Assembly (NCBI RefSeq): GCF_006345805.1
Contig: NC_043006.1
Coordinates: forward strand, 20,336,001 to 20,400,000
Source of the DNA: Octopus sinensis
Taxonomy: Eukaryota
Reading direction: 5' to 3'
Length of the DNA: 64,000 nt
The notes below the pieces were generated by a model. It did no database searches. It was not told the DNA's origin and saw only the letters and a list, made by a program, of their open reading frames with translations. Below, piece after piece: positions 25,174 to 39,480 of this stretch (the stretch's first letter is position 1; the number at the start of each line of letters is the position of its first letter). The translations under genes and the position numbers were made by a program.

Positions 25174-25403
25174 TTAACCCTTTAGCATTTAAACCAGCCA
25201 TATCCGGCCAAAAGTATTCTGCCTGTTTTATGTTCAAACTGGCCAGATCTGGTCTCTCACACCAACCCTACAATATCGTTTTAAAAATTAACAGCTACCT
25301 CTTCAAAATCTCATAGCTACAAGATTAATGAATGATTAGTTCAAAACAATGTGGATGAAAAAGGATTAATTTTGGCAGAATAATGTGAACACTAAAGGGT
25401 TAA
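25174..25403. mobile_element. piggyBac-type MITE, about 230 bp
   Basis: TTAA-CCCTTTAG...CTAAAGGG-TTAA termini; near-identical copy at 59385-59613. Confidence 0.88.
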
Positions 25404-25598
25404 TAGGCGCAGAAGCCCACCTTCCACGGGCATGTTCAATGGTCAAAATATTACTACAGTGCTTATAGATAGTTTGACAACAGCCAACTGACCATTCACA
25501 ATGATTACTGGACACAGGCAGCAGAGAAACAAGCAAGGTTTTTTTTCTTCTTTTTTTTTTTTTTTGTAAAGGTGAATAAATAAGACAATCATTCTTAC

Positions 25599-25671
25599 TT
25601 CTTGATATTTTGGAATGGAAACTGGTTGTGAAGGTTGGGTGATGCTTGGCGTGGACTGTCCATAGGACTTC
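25599..25671 (-). CDS. MAST: MAST kinase exon (G)SPMDSPRQASPNLHNQFPFQNIK(K)
   Basis: Pyrimidine-rich acceptor ttttgttttccag, donor gtaaga, 73 nt, phase 1 to 2; matches the conserved MAST SPLDSPR...F.F segment. Confidence 0.93.
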
Positions 25672-28169
25672 CTGGAAAACAAAAGAAAAGAAGACTGATG
25701 TTATATTGGCATTATTAAAGAACAATGAAGTTAAAAACAGCAGCTGAAGCAACAAAAGATGCCTTCTTTGTTGTTGTTAATAATTGTCAATCTAGTTTGC
25801 TTCAGGATAATAGTTCCATCTTCAGCAAGGTTTTCTCTTTATCATAAAACAAACAAAAATCCTTCTATGTGGCTTGGTTAGAATCCAATGGTTTGTGGGG
25901 TCTGTCATGTCTTCTACTCACAAACAAGATTCAAGAAGGAAGCAAATGAAATATCAGTCTTGATCAAATTAAGTTTGGACAAAACAATGGGAGAAAGCAA
26001 ACTCGTTTCTCAGAACATAGGGAGCTGAAGGGAGACATCAAAGTCAGATTTTACAATATTTGCATTACATTGTGTACATACACACAAACATATAAGGTGG
26101 CTTGTTGGCAGAGTTGTTAGGACATCATACAGATTAGTTGTAGTAAATGTTCTGGTTTTCTATACTTTGAGTTCAAATCATGACAGAATCAACTTTGTCT
26201 TTTATCCTTTTGAGGTTGATAAATAAAAGTACTGCAGTCCTGAAACTGCAATCAATTCTTGTTCTCACTCCCTTTCACTCTGTCTTTCTGACTTTCTCTC
26301 CTCTGGAAGAAATCAGCTGTTGTTTTAGACCTGGAGAAGGACGGACTCTGCCAAGTTTAAAAGATGCCCAAGACAAAGTAAGGCTGCACATACACACATG
26401 ATGGTCTCCTTTCAGTTTCTGTCTACCAAATCCACTTACAAAGCGCTACATAGCAATGAAACCAAATCCACTTGGTTGGGAAGCAAACTTCATAACTATG
26501 CAGCCATGCCAGTGTCTAGCATGCATGCATTTACATATATGAATAAATTAATATAAATACATATTTATTTAATGCTACAAGCTATTAATGTCAGAGATTG
26601 AAATCCTAAAACAGTAGTAATGTTACTGGGAAACAAGGGCATCCAGTAGATTTTTTTTTTTATCAGAAAAGTGTAATTAATATGATAGATTGCCAAAGCT
26701 ACGGGGCAAGAATATGTATAAGTGCTTGGTGTAGCATTTGAAGAAATCAAATTGAATAGTGGAAGTTCAACCATCAGAAAATATATTTCTAAACATCTGT
26801 CATTGGAACATCAAGTGTACATAAATAACAATGGATTAGAGTGTCATGTTCAGGAGCTTACAACATTGAAGGATGTTAAAAAAAAGGCAATACAACTGAT
26901 ATCATGAAGACAGTTTCACAAATTTAGATTTGAATATTATTCCTCAGATCAGTATGAAGTGTGACACTATCCACAGTTATTTCTAATAACCTCAAAATTG
27001 TAATTATTGAAAATGGTATGGTTGTATGGATATGAAGTGTATTTTGAAATGATGGGGTTTCAATTTTCTTTTTTTTTGTTACTGTATGACATCTCAGACA
27101 AGTGTTTTCTAATGCACCTTTGGGCTGAACAACGCTGTGTGAGTAGCAGTGGTATGTGGAAACAGTATGAAAGCCTGCTGTGTGTTTATATTTGTGTGTA
27201 CAGGTGTAAATATTTACATTGTGTCTTTGCATGAAATCATTTGAGCAAATCTGTGACATTGTGTTGGTATTCTCTGTTAACAATTTCAGCCTATAGCTCA
27301 ATGCATTCAAGGATGAATGAAATAAGAAGTTCCCAACATAAAATACAAGTAAAGTATAGCAACAAGAAGGCATCCTGTTGTAAAATAACGTCTTACTAAA
27401 AAGTTTTCCGCCAACCCATGCTACCATGGGAAAAACAGGATGTAAAACAAACCAATGAAACACACTCCAAGTATCCCAAAATATATATGTATTGTAGTTA
27501 TTGAAAATATAATAATGTAGTTATTAAAGCATACATATATTGTAGTTATTGAACTCAATGAATACAAGAAGAAAAGAAAACATACTTTCACACATTTATT
27601 CAAACAAACAATATATACTACAAATGTATATACGAAGACTGCAATATTGTGAATACTTTCCTATTTATTCACTTTTATTGAACATAGCTTTCAGTTGTGC
27701 GTAAATACATACATATATACTACCTATCTATCTAAATAAGTGTGTGAGCATACGTGAGAGTTGATATTGCAAATAAATCATTACATTTCTAAGAAATATA
27801 ATGGAAGTTCGGTATAATAGAACTTCTCTATCCAGTAATGTTTGTGACGATAACAATTGCTGTTTCTCATACACCATGTTGAATGAGAATAACTACTCTT
27901 ATTCTGTATTCAGATTTATTTTTCTGACTATTACAACTAATTCATTTGAAAAGCTATTTTGACAATCTAAATACACACACAGACAGCACCAAGATATCAC
28001 ACTTGACTACCTAAACCTTCACTCAATGTTACAAACAGATTTAAGAAATGCAATGACAGTCAATTTCCACTCTAAAGATTCTGTCTTTACATGAGAAAAC
28101 ATGTATACAGTTGTACCTCCATGCTTGCATGGGTTGGGTGGAGAGGTATTTAAAGAAAGATTTTTATGG

Positions 28170-28415
28170 TATGGCACGTAAAAAGCACCATCCGATCGTG
28201 GCCGTTTGCCGGCCTCGTCTGGCACCTGTGCCAGTGGCACGTAAAAAGCATCCACTACACTCACGGAGTGGTTGGCGTTAGGAAGGGCATCCAGCCGTAG
28301 AAACATTGCCAGATCAGGCTGGGCTTGGTGCAGCCTTCTGGCTTCCCAGACCCCAGTTGAACCGTCCAACCCATGCTAGCATGGAAAGCGGACGCTAAAC
28401 GATGATGATGATGAT
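28170..28415 (+). mobile_element. Family C short retroelement copy
   Basis: Similarity to 6697-6958. Confidence 0.8.
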
Positions 28416-29542
28416 ACTTTTCCTGTCACCAATTTTCACACGTTTTTCAAGCGATATTTTTATCCCCTGGGTCTTTGAAAATGCACAGCAACTGAACATT
28501 ATGTCAATAAAGAATGTATACATCATATCACTGGAATGTCAACATTTGTGTACACAAGAATCCTTTCTACTATAGGCACGAGGCCTGAAATTTGGTGGGA
28601 GAGGGCCAATCGATTAGATCGATCCCAGTACGCAACTGGTACTTAATTTATCGACCCCATAAGTATGAAAGGGAAAGTCGACCTCGGAATACACACACAC
28701 ACACACAGATATATGATGGGATTCCATAAAGTGTCTGTCCACCAATTCCATTCCCAAGGCATTAATTGGCCTGGAGCCATGGCAGAAGATACTAAATTAA
28801 GATCTGCACAACGAGACTGTGCCTAGAACTACGAGGTTGCAAAGCACACAGCCATGCCTGAACCTACATTCTAAAAATTGATTATGAAAATAATTATTTC
28901 CTCTCCTCCCCCACCATCACTGATACACACAGTGAGTTAAACAGTAAAAGATTAAAACTGTTAATGCATCATCAATATGCAAAGGAATGTGTTGACAGGT
29001 GGTGAGTAATAGCTTAGAAAATGTGGTTGTCTTGGTGGAAAGGTTCTAAGATTCTTGACTAATAAGAGGTCTGCCGATTGGTGACCAACTTCGTTAATCC
29101 CAGGAACGGAACTAATAATGGGAAAACAGTCATTCAGGAAAAAAGAAAAAAAAGAAAAAAAAAAAAAACGCTTTCTGTAATTGAGGAATGCTCAATTTAT
29201 TGGAGTGAATTGCTTGACTAATGAGCATAGAGGTGGGGGTGAAATATTTGGGGTTTAATAAAGCAAAATTAAGGAGAATATGAGATAAATGATAGATGTG
29301 TGTGCATGAGTGTGTGTGCTCGTGTGTGTGTAGTGCTCATATGTATGTGTATACAGACGCGCGCGCGCGTGTGTGTGTGTGTGTGTATATAGAAAGCAGG
29401 GGCTTGTGTAGGGCCAACTGATAGATGTTAGCTTTGGAAGGTTGAATGATACTTCACACACACACACACATCTAAATATATATGTTTTTACTTGTTTCAG
29501 TCATTAGACTGCAATCATGCTGCCCTCCACTTCTCTCTCTAT

Positions 29543-29584
<42 letters not shown>

Positions 29585-30934
29585 TATATTGGCCTGCCTG
29601 CCCAGGGAGTGGAGTGGCATCATTTGGAAGCTGAAAGCAACATGAGGATGTACATTGTGACTAGCAGTGTATATATGGTTAATACAGTGTAAAGAAATAT
29701 ATATATATATATTCTTCTATTCTTTTGTTTCAGTCATCTGACTTGTGGCCATGCTGGAGCACTGCCTTTAGTCGAAGAAATTGACCCCAGGACTTATCTT
29801 TGTAAGCCTACTACTTATTCTATCGGTCTCTTTTGCCAAACTGCTAAGATAAAGAAATGTAAACACAGACACACACACACATATTCTTTTGTTCCAGTCA
29901 TTTGACTGCAGCCATGCTGGAGCACTGCCTTTAGTTGAGCAAATCAACCCCAGCTGATTCTTCTCCTTCTCTTATTCTTTTCTTTGTTTCTGTTAGTCTG
30001 TTTCCCTTTAGTATGAATCCACTGTGGCCTAATTCGAGAGAGGCATGGCCCCTACAAGGGCAAGAAAAAAAAAAATGACAAATACACTACACATTTCATA
30101 ACACTGTCTCTATGGCTCTGTGAAAGAGTTGAGGACCCAAGGCAAGGCAATCTATACGAAAAATACATTGAGATGATCAGAGTTACTGGGAAAGAGCTCA
30201 AGTAATGTTGATAGGGAAAATGAGGATGAAAGAAAAACAAAAAAATTTCACATCTCCATTGCTTATATACACACACACACACACACACACACGTGCTTGG
30301 GCACATGCACACACAAATACATACAGCTGCTACAAGTATCATTAAATTCATCTGAAGCTAAGATTACTCAAGATCATTTTGCCAAACAATGCAAGATTTA
30401 CTTTCTAATTATTCTAAATAATCCTCTTGTGAAAGCAACAGATTTTTTAAACCTCTGGCCATTGTTACTGCTACCACCACCACCACCACCACTGCCGCCA
30501 CCGCTGACACCACTGTCACTATCAGGACTCGCACTCCACCACCACCACCACCACCACCACCATCATCATCATCCCAAATCCGTCACTACTATCATTGTCA
30601 TGGCTGTCACTCACACCATCTCTGACAGCCAGTAAGGTGATGTGATGTGCTGTGACCCACAACTGTGCGGATGATGTACTAGGACCAAACTGTAAATGCT
30701 ACATACAGTACAACACACACACACACACACCACACACACACACACTCATGCATGCACACCACCACATTTTCAATATTAAACATATGTACAAATCAGGACA
30801 CAAACGCTTTATGTTCACCCTCAGCTGCTGACATTCATCTGCTTGTTCTGTTACTCTTTTTGTTTTTTCCTGTTCCTCATATTTCTACAGTGAAGACGAA
30901 ACACTGAGTATATATTCGTGTGTATATATATATA

Positions 30935-31290
30935 TATATATATGAACAAATCTATATACAAATGTGTATAATATTCATGTATGTATATATATGTGAACAA
31001 ATCTATATATACAAATGTATATAATATTCATGTATGTATATATATGTGAATAAATCTATATATATATGAATGTATATACAAATGCATATAATATTCATGT
31101 ATGTATATATATGTGAACAAATGCATATTTACTTGAATGTATATACAAATGTATATAATATTCATGTATGTATATATATGTGAACAAATGTATATATACA
31201 TGAATGTATATACAAATGTATATAATATTCATGTATGTATATATATGTGAACAAATCTATATATACATGAATGTATATACAAATGCATAT
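30935..31290. repeat. 67-bp tandem minisatellite, about 5 copies
   Basis: aatattcatgtatgtatatatatgtgaa recurs at 30970, 31023, 31090, 31157 and 31224. Confidence 0.9.
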
Positions 31291-31377
31291 ATGTATTTGC
31301 ATGTATGCATGTATATATATATATATGCATATATGTACATATCTATTTGTATATATACCTATATAAAAACATATCTA

Positions 31378-31410
<33 letters not shown>

Positions 31411-32534
31411 CTTAATTCACTAAGACAGGAATACCCAATAGCAAGGCTATGTTGATTAACCTTAATGCCCAATTGCACTTTTGTTTTTTGAAGAATTCAA
31501 TGCTTGACTAAACCATGGTACCCTGCATAACACACAGAAACGCTGCAATGCCACAGCACTGCAGGAACTAACAAGATTTATCCAAGCTGCTTGTGTGTTA
31601 ACATGTCTGGATGCTGGATGAATTAATTATAGGACAGTGAGAAAAGGTATATGAAATTACTTGAACTGCAAATCAATAATATTCCAGCATTCAGATCAGA
31701 TGGATATCGGGAAGATACTAATAAGGGAATATAAAATTATTTACGCCATGCACCGGTGCTCAAATGATATGAACGATTTAATATCAAGGAGATATTGATT
31801 AAGAAATAATAACATTAGCTCTTTTACACTGCAATGTTTATGATGTTTGCAAAACTCTTCATCAGAATAGCTATAGCTATTCTGCCACACCAGCCTTCAC
31901 TGGTGCCGTCTCTGATATTTATTTTGAAGTTGGGAAGTGTTTTGTCATGACACTACCATAATGTAATAATATAAACAATGGCAATTCTAGGGGTTTGCCT
32001 AATAAGAGATATATTATCAAGAGAAAAATACAATTAGATATTATAAAAACCACCAAAATTCCAGAGAGAAAAGACAAACTGGTCAACTAATGGCATTTAT
32101 CGGTTAATCTTGGTAATTAATTTTTATTATTACATTAGTTTAATCATTATTAGAACAGCATTAAGAATGAGTGGATAGGGTGTGTGTGTGTGAGAGAGGG
32201 GTGGAAAAGATATGTTGTTGCTTTGATGGAATCCTGCACAGGATTTAAATTAGACAATACCAAAGAATCGGTGAAGCAAGTATCAGCAGCAAGGTTTGTT
32301 GCATGGCATTCCTTTTGCCATGTGTCATCAGTAGCCTGTTTCTGAGTTGTCACCTTGCTTACCATTCTATCACACAGTTATTGGAACATGATGGTGCATA
32401 CTGATGGGATAGTGGGGTTGGGGGGGTTGGGGGGGGGACAGTGTGTAAGTGGAGAGTGGTGGTGGTGGGGGGGGGGGAAGGAAGAGGTGTAGAAAGGGTC
32501 GTGAGTCAGAGCATGTTTTAAGGGGGAAAATAGT

Positions 32535-32544
32535 GGAGTGTATG

Positions 32545-32614
<70 letters not shown>

Positions 32615-32758
32615 GGAGAGGGGAAGAAAATAAAAAAGGCATACGAAAAATAGATTGAGAAGAATATTAAATGAAATAGAATGTATGTGTGTATATATAG
32701 ATATATATATATATATATGTGTGTGTGTATATATATATATATACATATATATATAGTG

Positions 32759-32790
<32 letters not shown>

Positions 32791-32880
32791 ATATATATGT
32801 GTGTATATATATATACATATATATATATATGTGTATATATATATATAATATATATATATATGTGTGTATATATATATATA

Positions 32881-32935
<55 letters not shown>

Positions 32936-32940
32936 GTGTG

Positions 32941-32972
<32 letters not shown>

Positions 32973-33001
32973 CTATATATATAATATATATATATAGATA
33001 T

Positions 33002-33034
<33 letters not shown>

Positions 33035-33045
33035 TGAGAGAGTAT
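32535..33045. repeat. Compound (TA)n/(TG)n/(GA)n microsatellite block
   Basis: Direct inspection. Confidence 0.95.
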
Positions 33046-33277
33046 GTATGGAAAGATATGATCAAAGTCAAATCATTGAAATTACTATAAATATTCAAGT
33101 AGGGAACAATAGCAAATTTATATATATTGAGTACAGAAATATTCCTTTGACGACATATTGATTATAGGAATATCAACTATAGAAAATCTCCTTTAATGAA
33201 GGAAAAGAAACAACAAAAACAGCTAATTTCTTTTTTTTTTTTTTTTTTTACATATTCACAAGGTTGCAGAGAAGCAG

Positions 33278-33308
<31 letters not shown>

Positions 33309-33988
33309 ACATCAAGATAGATGTAGTTTTTACAACAGTATTTATTACTAAACAACTGTTACACTAAAACAATATTCTAAAGAATGTAAGTTTGGTCAAA
33401 GAATATATACCATAGCAAAACAGGAACAAAGTGTAAGATGTTTATACATCCTTTCCCCCTATGTTTATGTCAAATACACCTGATTCAGATCTTTGTTTAA
33501 TTCAAATATTCCATTAATATACAGTGAACTTATAAATTATCTTATGGAATCTCGTTTGTTTCTCTCTTGCTTTTGTCCTGGAAACCCCGAAGTCGTTAGC
33601 ATTATGTTGGTAAAAACCATTTCATTTCTCTATTTTGTTTAGTCAGGAAGACACTGCATCCTTTAAGGCCTTCATGCTTTCCGAAATCCGCCGAAACTAC
33701 ACCTGATTATATATACACTTTAGATGAGTTGTAGTGCACCTGAGCACTGTACACAATTATTATTATTATTATTTAATAGGCAGTGTCCATGATCTTTGCA
33801 TTCATTGAATGTTTCACCATTCTAAGTTGCTTACAGTTTTTAGCTCTGTTGTCTGAACATAATTGCCAAACAAAACACACCTAGCTACTTCAATCCTTGA
33901 ATGGAAGGGCAAGGGTGGGGGGGAGTGTTCTTCACCAACAATAAAACCATGGTATATTTGTTTTATATATTCTTAAAACCTTTGCTTC

Positions 33989-34030
<42 letters not shown>

Positions 34031-35379
34031 TCCACTTTCATCTGTTCACTGAAATCTGATGACAACCATCCGTTCTCTAGATATTTAGCAGCTAAACAAT
34101 CCTATCTATTCCACCAGTATCACATATGCTTGCCCCACCTGCTCTAGTCTAAGTTCAACATGTACCACCTTCAATAAAGCATACACATATGATGATAGTG
34201 GTGGCAGTAATAAGTAACAATTGTGGTTGCATCTCCCCCAACATTCTGGTTCTTCTCTTCATCTCCTGTGGAGGCGTGTGGCTTTTCGACCCACTGTAAA
34301 CCCGTCTTTTAAGTGAGAATGTAGAATTACAGGTATTGCAGTTTAGGACATCCAACGAGGCTCTGTTGAAAGACAGGATACAACCCAAGCTGAAATACTG
34401 TTGACCAGTTTGCTTTCTTGAAAAATACATACATTCTCACTGCTAAGTGACATTATTTCCAGTGTTAGGACATTCCCACTTCACTTATCTTCAACTTCTA
34501 GTTTGATGTGTCTGTCACACAATGATAAAAAAGCAAAACTAGGATAGTTAGTATATCTGGCCAGCTCCTGCTTTGATGGGATTGTTCTGTGTTGACACAA
34601 TTCTTACAGTAACAACGAAAACAACTTTCAGTGACTTTTGCATCACCTAGAATGGTGCTTAATGTACAGACAGTGTACCACTGACCACAATCAAACAGCA
34701 CTACTGTTGTATTTATTGCCCCATGGACAGGGCACTCTAACTACAGCTGGCTCAGATGCACAAAGAACAGGTTCCTTTTTCTATCTATAAAAAACAATGG
34801 CTCAAAAAAATAAACCATTTCATTTAAGTAAACATACAAAAATATGTGTGTGTGTGTGTGTATGACTCTCTTCTCCTCTCTGTGTCTTAACTCTCTTTCT
34901 CTCTCTCTCTCTCAGACGTTTACATGTAAAAGTTATTCCAGCTTATTTCTTCGATGCATTTTCTTAAAATTCCCCCAAATAAGACTTGTAATAAAGGAAC
35001 TATAAAGTGCTACTTCTAGCAGCGCTTGTAGAGACTATACTGCAAAGTTTGTGGCTATACATAAAAGGAAGAATAGCAAATGTGTTAAGATTCACGCAAA
35101 TCAACAAGCTTGATGATATGTTACTTAAAAAAATTACTTCTGAAATTCAAATGATGTGAATTTGAACAGGATATCTATTTTTACATATCACAGGTCACAA
35201 TCCATTTAGTAGTAATCTGTGTGTGTGTGTGTGTGTGTATACATAATCATCAGCATCATTTAAAATCTGTTTTCTATACTAGAATGGGTTGGATGGTTTA
35301 ACAGGATTCAGTGAGCCAATGAATCCTCTTAAACCATCCTCTATATTTGTTTGTGTGTGTGTGTGTATACATAATCATT

Positions 35380-35618
35380 ATCTATTTCTTTTACTACCCA
35401 CAAGGGGCTAAACACAGAGGGGACAAACAAGGACAGACAAACGGATTAAGTCGATTACATCGACCGCAGTGCGTAACTGGTACTTAATTTATCGACCCAC
35501 GAAAGGATGAAAGGCAAAGTCGATCTCGGCGGAATTTGAACTCAGAACGTAACGGCAGACGAAATACGGCTACGCATTCCGCCCGGCGTGCTAACGTATC
35601 TGCCAGCTCGCCGCCTTA
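35380..35618 (-). mobile_element. SINE family B copy, intact and CpG-rich (young)
   Basis: Full head ggcggcgagctggcag; flanked on both sides by cataatcattatc, a probable target-site duplication. Confidence 0.85.
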
Positions 35619-36116
35619 TCATAATCATTATCATTTAACGTGTTTTCTACACTAGCATGGGTTGGATGGTTTAACAGGATTCAGTGAGCCACTGGGCTGC
35701 ATTGAGCTCCAGTGTCAGCTTTGGCATGCTTTTTATGGCCGAGTGCCTTCTTTAATACCAACTTCTTTACAGTGTGCACAGCGTGCCCTTTTGTGCTCCT
35801 TGCATTTGTGAGGTTGCCAAGTAACTTGCAAGACAGAAAAAAGAACACGGAGAAATGCTTAAAGGAAAAGCTCCTGCTACTAAGTGATGGATTTACACCA
35901 CATTATAGAGGGGCAGGAGGAACTGAGAAAGAGATAAAAACATGGTAGTGATTTTATAGTCGTCATTATTATCAGAGACTTTGTGGAAACACTGTGGCCA
36001 TATTGTAAAAAATTGAATAAATATGACTAAATGATATTCAGATTGTAACAATGAGTTCTTTCTTTTTCATGGATGACTTAGATCGACAAATTGGAATCCT
36101 CTGAACAAATGTATGC

Positions 36117-36552
36117 GTAATATTTATTTCCCACTTAAACATGGATGCTCTGTTAGAGCAAATTATGTTGTAGTAGATACCATGATAGAAACCCTCTCAT
36201 ATTGGCTTTTGGTGCAAAAATGCTCTCTTGGTTATATCACTAGTGGGGAAATAAAACCCTGCTATTTCCAGCGATGAGACCACCAGATCACATGGTTTTG
36301 ACCTTCCTTGGGTTTCATCACTGGCATGAAGATCAGTCACTGCTATCTCTAACAGTCGAGTGTCCATCTTTAATGATGAGACCAAGGAAGGTCAAAATCA
36401 CATGGTCTCGGCACTGGAGATAGCAGGGATTTATCTCCCAACAAATGATATAAGCAAGAGTGCTTTCTGCATCAAAATCCAATATGAGAGTTTCTCTCAC
36501 AGTATAGTTTGTTCCAATAGAACATTCACGTTTAAATGGGGATAAATATTAC
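36117..36552. repeat. About 435-bp fold-back (inverted repeat) element with roughly 200-bp diverged arms
   Basis: Left arm gtaatatttatttcccacttaaac...ctcatattggcttttggtgcaaaaatgctctcttg...ccctgctatttccag is the reverse complement of the right arm ctggagatagcaggg...caagagtgctttctgcatcaaaatccaatatgag...gtttaaatggggataaatattac. Confidence 0.9.
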
Positions 36553-37719
36553 CTCCCAGTATTGATACTGCCTCTGTTGCCAATATATATATATTTCTAA
36601 CATGTGTATGTGTGTATACATACATGTATGCATTTATACATTTAGCGGTCTGGAAAATAAGTGACCTGAGAAAGTGTTTTCTCTGTGAATATATATGGGC
36701 TGAAAGCCAAGATCTGAAGTCCGGGTGGCGTTTCAGTATCTTCAGTTTTGGCTTTTCCAAGGAGAAAACAGCAAGAAGAGAGGAAGGAGTGTTTTGATAA
36801 ACAAAACAGATTAGTAGAAGAGACACACATTCACAGCAGAGGTACATGTGTGTGTTCTTTAATAATATTTCATCTCAGCTGGTTTGGCATACAGAACTGT
36901 ATCTCAAATTCCATTGTACGAAGTAAATAAGAAACAACTCTGAGATGGGCTGCTTACTCAATTGCAGAAACAGCAGTTACACTTTACCTTGGCACTTTAT
37001 TATGTTTCATCAAAGAAGACTGAAAGCGAACAAATGCCATGAGATGCCATCAATCTTTTTTGTATGCAAACGGAGATGTGCTATCTCTAACTCCTTACGT
37101 TTTGATTGTCAGGTTGAGATAAGTTGAGATAATATAAAACAATTATAGCAATACAACAACAGCCACAAATAAACAATTTTACTACTGCCTTAAAAACAAA
37201 AAGAGCATCTCTGGTTATGGAGCAGGATTTATATTTATGCTCCTTTTCCTACGCTTTAACATTATTATTATTGAACTTAACCAGACAGAATAATTGAGGG
37301 TTTAATTTAAGATGATTACTTGGTAGAATAGAGGAAAATTTATAGCTATATATATATATATATATGTTAGAAACATTGCCAGATCAGACTGGGCCTGGTG
37401 TAGCCTTCTGGCTTCCCAGACCCCAGTTGAACTGTCCAACCCATGCTAGCATGGAAAGCGGACGCTAAACGATGATGATGATGATATATATATATACATG
37501 CATAGGCATGTGACTTAGTGGTTAGAGTGTTGTACTTATTTGCAGTTTTGGTTCCCAGACCAGTGGTGCATTGTATTCTTGAGCACAATACTTCACTGCA
37601 TGTTGCTCTAGTCCACTTGGCGATATTCTGTTCAAGGGGAATGCCAGCTGTCCTGCCTAGCCACCAGTGTGGTATCATTTGAAAGCTACAATAATGAGAG
37701 GAAGCGCATTGTGAGCAGT

Positions 37720-37830
37720 GTTGTATAAATGTTCCGCTTTCCAGCCTGCGTCTTCATATTCCTCAAGGAGGTTTACATAACGGTTAAATTTTCGAGCCCG
37801 AGCGGCGTCCATATTATCTTCATGAGATAA
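37720..37830 (-). mobile_element. Fragment of a restriction-like-endonuclease non-LTR retrotransposon C-terminus
   Basis: HEDNMDAARARKFNRYVNLLEEYEDAGWKAEHL resembles the E.N...A..RK..RY..L......GW segment of REL-domain (R2/HERO-like) elements. Confidence 0.6.
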
Positions 37831-38920
37831 TTTAATTTGATTAGAATTCATAATTGCACTAGTGGCACTCATCATTTATGGCTGTGTGTGTGTGTGTGTG
37901 TGTGTGTATGCATGTATATAGACTAAACAATTAAACTCTCTTGTACCATATTTCTATTGAAATATATTGCATTTGTTTCAATTGATTTTGAGAATAATGA
38001 AGAATTTAGCCAAAAAAACTGTCCTTATTTACCCTTTTGTTATCATATTTCTGTTCAAATACACTGCCTTTGTTTCAATTAATTTTGAATAATGAAGAAT
38101 TTAGTAAAATAATTGCCATTATTAAATTGGTATCTGGAACACAAGCTACCATGAAATTTTGATGAAAGCCTTTGATTTAGATTATTCTAAGCAAGAAGTT
38201 AATATCATAGAACCAGGGGCAGTGTCAAGCAGGTTGGTACCAACCTGTTTGTTTATTCAAGACAGATGGAAGCAGTAGTTTAGAATAAATAATATCAAAA
38301 TAACAAGCTGATTCCATTCCTCTCTCTCTCCCTCCCTCACACAAACATTACTAGTTTTATGACAAAGACACAACTTGGACAATATTTTGCATTTTGCAGC
38401 AATAATTCAATTTATACTCGGTTTTCACTGCAAGAATATGAAAGGAGAAAGAAACATCTTTCTAAATTGAAAGAAACACTTATATGGTTTTTGTCAGCAT
38501 CTTCTGTACAGTAATTATCGTGTTGCATCAGCGATATCATTTTTTTAATGTATTTTATTTTATTTTATTTTATAGCAAGGCAGATTTGAGAATAGAGAAC
38601 AACAAAACACTGGCCTCAATCAGTAATGACGTAACAAAAGTGTGAGGTAATTAATGGAAGAAGCCCTGAAAAATTAGTTGCTGTCAGTCATCGAGACACC
38701 ATCCTGCTTCAATGCTAATACATTAATGATATGTCTTAGCAACTTTTATACTAATAGAAAATTGGCATGTCACACACACACATAATTATCTGAAGGATTG
38801 CAGTTACATACCTCATATGTGTAATTGTCTGAAACTCAGTAATAAGATGAATTCACTGAAGGCATTTATTTGTTTGTATGTATGTATGTATGTATGTGTG
38901 TGTGTGTGTGTATGTATATA

Positions 38921-39480
38921 AGCGCAGGAGTGGCTGTGTGGTAAGTAGCTTGCCGACCAACCACATAGTTCCAGGTTCAGTCCCACTGCGTGGCACCTTG
39001 GGCAAGTGTCTTCTACTATAGCCTCGGGCCGACCAAAGCCTTGTGAGTGGATTTGGTAGACGGAAACTGAAAGAAGCCTGTCGTAAATATATATCTATAT
39101 ATATATATATATATATACGGTGGCATGTAAAAAGCATCATTCGAGCGTGATCGTTACCAGCATTGGCTTACTGGTACTTGTGCCAGTGGTACGTGAAAAA
39201 TATTCGAGCGAGGTCGTTGTACCCACTAAAAGCACCCACTACACTCTTGGAGTGGTTGGCATTAGGAAGGGCATCCAGCTGTAGAAACTCTGCCAGATCA
39301 GATTGGAGCCCAGTGCAGCCATCAGGTTCACCTGGCATTAGGAAGGGCATCCAGGTGTAGAAACTCTGCCAGATCAGATTGGAGCCCAGTGCCGCCATCA
39401 GGTTCACCAGTCCTCAATCAAATCGTCTAACCCATGCCAGCATGGAAAGCGGATGTTAAACAATGATGATGACGATGATG
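38921..39480 (+). mobile_element. SINE family A head followed by family C body with (GAT)n tail and an internal 76-bp tandem duplication
   Basis: Head 38921-39085, (TA)n, then gagtggttggcattaggaagggcatccag... twice, ending gttaaacaatgatgatg. Confidence 0.8.

Noticed and set aside
29950-30051. Strong minus-strand acceptor (tttttcttgcccttgtag) suggesting a cassette exon
   Set aside because: In the phase-1 frame it hits TAG after six codons and there is no good donor.
32150-32365. ORF MVSKVTTQKQ... or ATG|gtaagc as an alternative first exon
   Set aside because: Donor phase does not match exon 25671 and there is no similarity to known proteins.
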